DNA from: Octopus bimaculoides
Lineage: Eukaryota
Direction of reading: 5' to 3'
Assembly: GCF_001194135.2 (NCBI RefSeq)
Contig: NC_068985.1
Location: 35,918,695-35,982,694, forward strand
DNA: 64,000 bases
Shown: one piece after another, positions 55,100 to 64,000 of the stretch
How positions within the stretch are numbered: position 1 is the first letter of the stretch
How the letters are laid out: each line of letters opens with the position of its first letter
Notes under the pieces: model-generated
The model's database searches: none
What the model was told of the DNA's origin: nothing
The model's input: only the letters and a program-made list of their open reading frames with translations
Program-made: the position numbers and the translations under genes

Positions 55100-56280
55100 G
55101 GAAGCCAGACAACTGCTCTGGCAATGATCCCGCTCAGATGGTGCTGTTAGCGCTTCACTGGCATGGGTGCCAGTCATTGAATTTGGTTCAATTTCGATTT
55201 CACTTGCTTCAACATATCTTCGCAAGCAGAGTTTAGTGTCCAATGAAGGAAAGGTACGCATAAGTGAGCTGGTTACATGGTTATGGTCTCACGGGTTATG
55301 GTCTCACTTGTCTTGCTGGGTCTTCTCATGCACAGCATATTTCCAAAGGTCTCGGTCACTAGTCATTGCCTCGGTGAGGCCTAATGTTCGAAGGTTGTGC
55401 TTCACCACCTCATCTCAGGTCTTCCTGGGTCTACGTCTTCCACAGGTTCCCTCAACCGCTAGGGTGTAACACTTTTTCACACAGCTATCCTCATCCATTC
55501 TCGCCACATGACCATACCAGCGCAATCGTCTCTCTTGCACACCACAACTGATGCTTCTTAGGTTCAACTTTTCTCTCAAAGCACAAAAGCACTCATTTGG
55601 AGGAGGAAAGAGATATAATTAATGGGATTGGCCTTAATACTTAACTATGTGGCACCAGCCCAGGACTCTTGAAGATCAATCCTCACCACTGTTGGGGACC
55701 AGTCTTAGCACTTCTGCTGTGGAGTACAGGTCTTCTTGAGTACAGCAAGGTGCCAAGCATCTCAGTCCTTTGTCATCTTGCCTGAAAGGTTCAGCTTCCT
55801 GAGATCATTCTTCAGCACTTCATCCCTTGCCTTTCTGGGTCTCCCACTTCCATGTGTTTCATCTACTTTGAGATGTTGGCACTTCTTTATGGAGTTGTTG
55901 GCATCCATCTGCACCACATTCCCAAACCAGTGCAGTCTTCTCTCTTGCACACAGCAAATAATTCCTTTTATGCCTAACTTCTGTCTCAAAGCACTAGCAC
56001 TCTGTCAATTATACATTACATTATACACCCAGAGGAGCATACTAGCCTCATTTCTTTCTAACTTTTACATGTCCTCTGCATTCAGGACCCACATTTCACT
56101 ACCATGTAAAATTACAGTCTGTATACATGCATCATACAATCTTCCTTTCACTCAGAGAGAGAAACCCTTCATTGCCAACAGAGGTAACAACTCTCTGAAT
56201 TTCCTCCATCCTATTCTTATTCTAGCTATCACACTCTCCGTGCATCCTCTCCCACTACTTATTTGGTTCCCTTGGTAGCA
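55100..56280 (-). mobile_element. Two tandem RTE 3' fragments
   Basis: QERRLRWYGHV and QERRLHWFGNVV, with GRPRK motifs on the minus strand. Confidence 0.8.
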
Positions 56281-56569
56281 GAAATGCCACTAGGGCATTT
56301 GAGAGAATCAATATCCTGAGTCTCTGTAGTTTTTATGGATCCTGTACATCTTCCACATATGAACACTACCTTCTTTGATAATCTTCCTATTAATCCACTG
56401 CGCTCTCATTAAATGAAACAAAAGAATCCACTGTGAAAGCAAAACAGACAAAAACACAAACGAAATCAAATGGAATCTCAGAGCTGTGAAATAGATAGAA
56501 AAGTAAATCACTTCATAGCAAATACTCTAGAGAAGCCAGTGATGTTGATACAAATATGACCCATCAGTT

Positions 56570-57210
56570 GTTGGCCACATCTGGACAGAGGACTTAATTA
56601 TAGTTGCTCAGGAATAATGTCTTCTTACAAGAAACTACCAAGGAAGCTTTCTTAAAAATAGAGCTGATTCTACCAGTTGTATTTGTAGTGCAACCATAAA
56701 AACAATTGACCACCTCATCTCTGAATATATTAATTGCCATGAAGGGCTTAATCTGTATTTGCACTGGATTATATGCTGTAAGTCTGAACTTTCATATGAG
56801 AAGAACTGGTAAAGTAGTAGAAGATAAAGGTATCACCATTCTTTTGTACTTTAGAATTCAAACTGATCAAGCTAATCTGGCCAATAACTCAAGATATTGA
56901 GATAAAAAAAATCTAAAAAAAAATCACATTGATAAAACATGCTTGCTCATAGATATATCAATTCCAGCAGACTGCAACACTTCTGTAAAAATATTTGAAA
57001 ATTTAATTAAATACAAAGACCTTGAAATAAAGGTTTCAAAAATGTGACCTCTAAGAACAACAACAGTCCCTGTGATCATCAGATCTTTGGTGATTATACC
57101 TAATAGCACTCTTAAACACTATTGCCAAATACCAGGAAATCTAAAAGTATCAGAACTACAAAAAATTATTCTCATGATTACTGCCTACATCCTAAGAAAA
57201 ATATTGTCCA
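56570..57210 (+). mobile_element. R4/Dong-clade non-LTR fossil (Zn-knuckle and RLE)
   Basis: EDLIIVAQE, TIDHLIS, IQTDQ, CLLIDISIPAD, KYKDLEIKVSK, TTTVPVII and ELQKIIL....YILRKILS. Confidence 0.8.
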
Positions 57211-57399
57211 CCTCAAAGCACTTAATTGTCTTAAAATGTTTTCAAAACTAAAATATTACAAGCTTAACAGAATCTTAGTTCTCAGATTCTGGTCTCCTTC
57301 CCACACAATATATCATTGCTGATCCTAAATGATACCCATAATAAAACTTCCAACTTGCTGTTACTTGAGATATCTGGATGAAAGTTGGAACATCATCAT

Positions 57400-59130
57400 C
57401 ATTATCATCATCATTTAATGTCTGCTTTCTATGCTGGCATGGGTTGTATGGTTTGAGAGTAATTGGCCAGCTGGAGCACTGCCCAGGTTCCATTTGTCTG
57501 TTTTGGCATGGTTTCTATGGCTGGATGCCCTTCCTAATGCCAATCACTTCACAGAGTGTCCTGGGTGCTTTTTATGTGGCTCTGATACAGATGCTTTTAT
57601 GTGACACTGGAACGGGTGTTTCTACATGGCACTGACATGGGTGCTTTTATGGGGTGCTGGCACATATGCTTTTAATATGACACCAGCATGAGTGCTTTTT
57701 ATGTAATACCAGCACCTGTAAACTCTCAAGAGAAGGACCCCTCAGCTGAGAGAGGGACTTAGGAAACATACCTCCATGTTTGGACAGCCAAAATTTTACT
57801 TAGCTTGATGTGTCTTAAGCACAGCAAACCACCAGAAGAGTCAGTCTCTTGTCATCTCTGCTGTGAGGCGCAACATCTGAAGACCCTTTCTCACTACTTC
57901 ATCCTGTGTCTCCCTGGGTTTACTCCTTCCACAATTAGATTGGCTCTTCTTTATGCAGCTGTCCTCATCCATATGCATCACCTGACCATACCAGGGCAGT
58001 CTTCTTTCTTGCACACTACATCTGATGTCTCTTGTACTCAATATTTTCTTTAGATCAATTACATTCTGTCATACAGACACTGACATTACCCATCCATTGG
58101 ATGGGCTTCATTTCTTTCAAGCCTTCACATGTCCTCTGTAGTCATACCCCATGTTTCACTGTGATGTAGCATTACTGTATGTACGAAGGCATTATACAAT
58201 CTGCTTTTCACTCTTAGGGAGAGACCCTTAGTTACCAACAAAGGTAGTAGCTCTCTGAACTTTGTCCAACCTGTTTTAATTCTAGCAACTACACTTTCAG
58301 TACTTCGTCCTTCGCTGCTAACTTGGTCACCTAGGTAATGGAAGCTATCTGACTAGACATTTGAACAAATCTATTCTCTGTACACAAGCACTACTTTTCT
58401 CTTAACCTTCCTACAATACCACTACAACTCTTATATGTCCATAGCTTGCACTGAGTTCACTGTGTTTCTACTAACTGGAGTTTCTGCTAACACTTTTCCT
58501 ACATATCAAGCAGGGCCATCTCCCTGAAGGATTTTGAGATTTGTCCATTTTACTACTTACTAGGACTTATGTCTTAACCAAATTAACTCTAAAGCTCTTA
58601 GATTCCAGACCTTGCTTCCACACCTGAAATTTTGTCTCTAGTTCATATAGTGATACAGCTATAAGAACAAGGTCATCAGCATAGAGGAGCTTCCAAGAGT
58701 GGCCTGTCTTAAATTGCTCTGTTATGGCCTGGAGGACTATGATAGACAAGTAGGGACTGAGAACCGATCCTTGGTGAACTTCTATTTGCATACTAAATTC
58801 ATTGCTATACTCATTGTCAACCTTCACCTTACTGACAGCATCCTTGTACCATCCTCACCAACCTCCCTAGCTTCCATATTGCCTACCAGATAAAGGAGTG
58901 GAAGGTTCTGCCAAAGGCTTTCTCCAGATCTACAAAAGACAAGTACAGAGGTTTATTCTTTGCTAAATGTTTCTCCTGCAGTTGCCTTACCAGGAATGTA
59001 GCATTTGAGAGAAACACTACTGAACTGCATCTCATCCAGGCTAACTCTCTTCCTAATTAGTTGAGCTATGACCCTGTCTCTTTAACTTTCATGGCCTGGT
59101 CCATCAATTTGATGAACTCTAATTGTTTCT
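57400..59130 (-). mobile_element. RTE LINE fragment (RT to 3' tail)
   Basis: EVHQGSVLSPYL, LLYADDLVLIA and QERRLPWYGQV; (CAT)n tail on the plus strand. Confidence 0.85.
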
Positions 59131-59421
59131 GTGTAAGGTGTCACCTTTACTTTAGTAACAGTTGACGATAACGCTGTTCCACCTGTTGTTGGTCATGACT
59201 CCCTTGTGGACAACTTGACTAGGCCATATCCAGCTTGTATAAAACAAAGCAACAACATAAATAAATAATAATAAACAGTGAAAGAGAGAGAAAAAGAAAA
59301 TAATAACAATAATAGTAATAAATTTGTATGTTCCTAACATTACGTTTAAAACTATTATTAAGTAAAATTTACTGTTTGCTCTTTTATAAATCATATTTAA
59401 TTCCTCCTCCTCATCATCATC

Positions 59422-59452
<31 letters not shown>

Positions 59453-59825
59453 CCTCAGTTGTCTGTTTCTCATGATGGCATGAGTTGGATGGATTGTCAA
59501 AGTACAAGTCAGCTTTTATTTGGAGTTATTTCCCTCCATGATGGGTTGGACTGTCTCACTCATATATTCCAATTTTAGTTATGCTTCTATTAGCAGATGC
59601 TCTTCATAATATCAGCCACTTAAAAAAAAAAATTGTACATTTTTATCTTGGTATCAGTACTAGAGATGTTGTTATGTGTTCCACAAGCCTAAAAGGCTCC
59701 AAGGGTATATTAAGAGAAATCCGATGTAACATGTAAGAGAGAATGCTAATTCATTTTATCAATTATGTTCATTTATTGTTTTCCTTCCAACAGTTAACCT
59801 TCTTAAACTTTTGTTTGCTTTTAAG

Positions 59826-59896
59826 GCTAGATATGTATGTGCTGTTTCAAATGATGTTTTGGGTAACTCTGTACCATGTGCTGCTTTGAAGACATC
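59826..59896 (+). CDS. NOSIP: NOSIP coding exon 7
   Basis: TTTAAG|GCT; ARYVCAVSNDVLGNSVPCAALKTS (conserved RYVCAV); TC|GTAAGT, phase 2. Confidence 0.97.
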
Positions 59897-60671
59897 GTAA
59901 GTGTGCTTTTTTTACGTTCTTTTTAGAAAAAACATAACTTCTTTAACTTCTTTATGACATTATTTTAAATAGTATTGAAGCCAGATTCTTTTATAACTTT
60001 TGAAATTTTCTTTGAAGTTTAATTGTTTTGTCAGGCAGAAGACGGAACTAGTCCCATGGTCTTTGCAGGACTTCCAGAATGATGAGATCAATACAATTGA
60101 TATTCATCGAGATGTTCATCGTGATGAACTTCAAGTTGACAACTGTAAAAAAAACAAAAGCTGGGAGAGGGACTCCAGGGCCATAATGCTTGTGAGTGGA
60201 AGGATTGAAAGGATTAATTTGGGGTCTGAATAAATCAACTTGAAATAAGAATTTTAGAGGTTTTATAAAAACTTGGTTCTATGTAGCTTGGAAATTATCA
60301 TTTCAGATTTCATTATTTCTATAATTCAGTATTGTAATAATCTAGATTTCAGTTGTGTTGTTCTGTAGATCACCACCTCCTGTCCTGTAATGTTCTTTAC
60401 AGTAGTAATATTTTTTATTATAAATAACTTACTAGCTAAGTTCTATGGTAGGACCTTGGTTAAGACTCTTGAAAACATGGTGAACTTATGCAAAAGAATT
60501 TTCCAAAAAGAGATACTTCACCAAGTTAGAATTATTTCTTAAGTCTCTCCAATTTTTTCTAATCTTTAGTGAAATAATCATTTAATTGATTTGATAATTG
60601 AAATTAAAAAATAAATTACTTTACACAATTTGTTAAATTTGTTTTATTATAAAATGCCTTTGTAATTACAG

Positions 60672-60780
60672 GGGCAAAGTGGTTACTATGGAGTGTGTGG
60701 AAAAAATTATTAAAAAGGACATGATTGATCCAATCAATGGAAAGAAATTGACTAATAAAGATATTATTCCTCTTCAAAGG
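60672..60780 (+). CDS. NOSIP: NOSIP coding exon 8
   Basis: TTACAG|G; GKVVTMECVEKIIKKDMIDPINGKKLTNKDIIPLQR; AGG|GTTTGT, phase 0. Confidence 0.97.
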
Positions 60781-61459
60781 GTTTGTAAATTTCTTATAAA
60801 TAAATTTGAAATAAAATTCTTCAGGTTAAATAAGAATATCTGTTCTACTAGTACTGTGTATGATCAAGATTGAATCAGATGATGCTCTTTTGCAAACACT
60901 CAACTTGAACCAGTAGAGAAAAAAGCTTATAATAAAACTTATATGGTGATCACCATCTGGGTAAGGCTGTATGATTTAATAAGTTTGTTTTTTGATTTCC
61001 TTGAGGTTATTTAATCCACTAGAGTAACTCATTTCTTGAAGCTAGAAGAATAGTATTAGTAAATGTCTTCTCCATGCATTTTGTCTCCTTTTAAACGTAA
61101 TTCTACATGGATTTATATAGCATATTTTGTACAGTCTTTATGACCTACACATGTTTCCATTACACAGATTGCAGGTAGTTGCAGATGCAACTTGGCATGA
61201 TTTTTTATTTAGTTTCTTCAGGGTCTATCCATTTGGCTAGTTGGATAGACACCGAGGAGGAACAATTCTCCAATATCGTTATGATTATTGCTTATATACA
61301 CACACACACACACACANNNNNNNNNNNNNNNNNNNNNNNNNNNNNNNNNNNNNNNNNNNTATATATATTCATATATATACATACACACACACACACACAC
61401 ACACATATATATTCATATATATACATGCATACACACACACACACACACACACACATATA

Positions 61460-61885
61460 GGGTCATCTCATAAATAATGCGGTTTTTTCAATTGCATGAA
61501 CTTAAAGTCAGAGGGAGACAGGATAAACTACCTGCATCAACTTGCTATAAAAGCAGGTAGTAATTTTACCTTCTACTTATTCTTTGTGCAAGCTTTGAAG
61601 AGTGCAGTTCAAAGCTATAGTGGAACTGCTGGAGCAGTTTGAATAGGGAATGATGCCCCACCCACCATATTTACCAGACATTACCCCATCTGATTATCAT
61701 TTATTCCACAGTCTTCAAAATCATTAGGACGGAAAGAATATGAATTCTGTAGACAAGGTCAGAACAGTACTGGTGGAGTATTTTTTGTCATGGACAAGTG
61801 AATTATGGAAGAGGGACCTTACAAGTCTACCAGATAGATGGAAGAGCCTTGTAGAAAACGAAGGAGAATATGTTTTAGATTAAAA
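61460..61885 (+). mobile_element. Internally deleted mariner fragment
   Basis: TA-preceded end GGGTCATCTCATAAATAATGCGG; MPHPPYLPDITPSDYHLFHSLQNH. Confidence 0.8.
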
Positions 61886-61989
61886 AAGAATTTTATGTTG
61901 TGAAAGCAATGATTGATTGACAACAAGCAATCGCTGTTGTCAATTCGTAGCCCGTTTAGACATTTTTTTTTTTAGAAAATGGAGGGTAA

Positions 61990-63273
61990 TAATACATATT
62001 AAGCATTCATTGAGTATATATTTAACAGAAAACCAAAATAATATTATAACATTTATTAACATAGTGAATTATTTAGCCACATGAGTGCCATTTCGACAAA
62101 TAATTTCAAAGACTCTATTAGTCTCTATTAGTCATGGAATCTGTCAATTTCTTAATAGTAGCAGGTTGAACTGCTTCTGCTGCAGCTTTGATGGTCACCC
62201 ATAAGACATCTTTCAATGTAAATTGGCATTCATTGGCATAAATATCTTGTTTAATGATGGACCAAAAATTTTCAATAGGGTTGAAATCCAGAGATGCTAA
62301 CAGCCACACCATCAACCTTTCACCTTGTATGCCATAAGACATTAGAAATGTTTGGGTGGTCCTAGCAGAGTAGGAAGGATCATTGTCATGCAAAAATACA
62401 AGATTCTTGAGAAGTGACAGCAGTATGTCATCTAGCCAGAGATCTAAGACCTTCTTCAGGAGATTGCAGTAGGCAGCTGCAGTCACTTTAACCTCTTCAG
62501 GCATCCTGACTGGGCCAACAAGTCTGTCCCCTATGTACCAGCCCACAACATGATTCCTCCACCTTGTTGATGTCGTAAATGTTCGTGACACTCATCTCCC
62601 AAAATAGACCCAACCGTCAGGTTTGCCACAAGTCTCTCAGGTTTTGTCAGTGAACAGAACACAACTCATGTTTAACGCTACGTACTTTTGGACCCATTGA
62701 AGTCTGAAACTCTTGTGCGGAGGCAGTTTCAGGGGTTCTTGCATGGAAGCCATAGTCCCAAGGATGCGATTTCTGGTGGTTTTCTGTATATGAGGAAGTC
62801 CAGAGGTGGTGAAAATGGCTTTGCTCGTTTGTCCATGTTTCCCACATGACTTGTAGCCAATATTCCTTAAATCCCTAACTGTCACAGTTTTGGCGGTCCC
62901 ACAATCAGATCGTTTCTTTCTTGGTGCTCACGTGGCTAAATGATTCATTATGTCAATAAACGTTATAATATTATTATGGTTTTCTATCAAATATATACTC
63001 CATGTATGCTTAATATGTATCATTACCCTTCATTTTCTGAAAAAAATGTCCAGATGGGCTGTTTTCATTCAAAAGCTATTAGTGTGGTTCACCCAAAAAC
63101 TGAAGAATCTGAAATAAAAAAAGAAAGGATGTTACACAGAATAATGGAAACATAACAATGTTGTTGCCATAGTGTGCAAGCAAACCTGCTGGGGAAAGTC
63201 TTATCAAAATCAATTCACAGAAAACCGAGAAATCCTAAATTTCACTCCTAAGCTATTAGTGTGGTTCTGGGTG
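61990..63273 (-). mobile_element. TRT-like (DD37E) Tc1 transposon remnant
   Basis: FLHDNDPSYSA...WLLASLDFNPIENFW with spacing 37. TA-flanked end at 63273; a 17-bp direct repeat AGCTATTAGTGTGGTTC at 63074 and 63251. Confidence 0.8.
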
Positions 63274-63542
63274 TATATGTATGTATTAACTTTATTGATA
63301 ATTTAGATGTTATAAAGTTGACATCAAATTATTACTTTTTTTTTTGTTACATAATTATCTTTACTTCATATTTTAGTGAAAAAAAAAAAAATGGAAAATT
63401 ATGACATTTTAAACTTTTCCAAGAACATTTATAACTGAAATGAAGAAATGGAATTTGTGCCATGCTATCTAATAGCTACGTTTTTTTTCTTTTCTTTAAC
63501 ATTCTCTTCACTATATTGTATTTATTTATTTTCTTTTTGTAG

Positions 63543-63614
63543 GGTGCAAGTGGATTTTCTGCTTCTGGAGTCCAGTTAGATGCTAAAGAGAAAAGACCTT
63601 CTATGCAGGCTTAG
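63543..63614 (+). CDS. NOSIP: NOSIP terminal coding exon
   Basis: TTTGTAG|GGT; GASGFSASGVQLDAKEKRPSMQA* matches the conserved C-terminus (GGTGF...RPVMQA). The spliced CDS totals 882 nt = 293 aa + stop. Confidence 0.97.
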   Translation, partial: GASGFSASGVQLDAKEKRPSMQA

Positions 63615-63679
63615 ACAGCTAACTACTTACCACACATGCATGCATATACACATAATGAATGCACACTCATATTGTACAT

Positions 63680-63722
63680 AATAAAATTCTGTAAACAACC
63701 TTTTTTCCATCCTGGTAATAAA
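63680..63722 (+). terminator. Candidate NOSIP polyadenylation signals
   Basis: AATAAA at 63680-63685 and 63717-63722, shortly after the stop codon. Confidence 0.5.
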
Positions 63723-63773
63723 AATTATATCTACTATTTAAATATGATTTATTTGTTATTACCAGTCATCATC

Positions 63774-64000
63774 ATCATCATCATCATCGTTTAACGTCCG
63801 CTTTCCATGCTAGCATGGGTTGGACGATTTGACTGAGGACTGGTGAAACCGGATGGCAACACCAGGCTCCAGTCTGATTTGGCAGAGTTTCTACAGCTGG
63901 ATGCCCTTCCTAACGCCAACCACTCAGAGAGTGTAGTGGGTGCTTTTACGTGTCACCCGCACGAAAACGGCCACGCTCGAAATGGTGTCTTTTATGTGCC
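63774..64000 (-). mobile_element. RTE-family 3' end ((CAT)n-CGTTTAACGTCC...)
   Basis: Near-identical to copies at ~39530, 40465 and 44855. Confidence 0.85.

Overview
AT-rich eukaryotic (animal) genomic DNA with seven assembly N-gaps (11829-11877, 12652-13184, 15386-15512, 29921-30331, 31013-31112, 50151-50284, 61317-61359). The repeat content ((CAT)n-tailed RTE ends, tRNA-derived SINEs, long TA/CA/GA microsatellites) looks like an Octopus-type cephalopod genome; that is my inference, not a verified assignment. The only protein-coding gene I can firmly support is a complete plus-strand NOSIP ortholog: a probable 5'UTR exon near 36.0 kb plus 9 coding exons from 39018 to 63614, all GT-AG, 882 nt, 293 aa. 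Nearly everything else is transposon debris: CR1, several RTE families, CRE and R4/Dong non-LTR elements, hAT, mariner, and Tc1-type elements with D34E, D36E, D37D and D37E spacings, plus MITEs with target-site duplications and at least three SINE families. The leads most worth checking are a possible 5' end of an unidentified minus-strand gene at 14.6-14.9 kb, a cryptic poison/alternative exon in NOSIP intron 8, a fold-back duplication-inversion-duplication at 18.6-18.9 kb, a TIR element carrying TTAGGG repeats, a Merlin/MULE-like foldback element beside the NOSIP promoter, and inverted SINE pairs in NOSIP introns. I found no CRISPR array, rRNA or functional tRNA gene, and no clearly novel multi-gene system. 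TE boundaries without a TSD or TIR are approximate.
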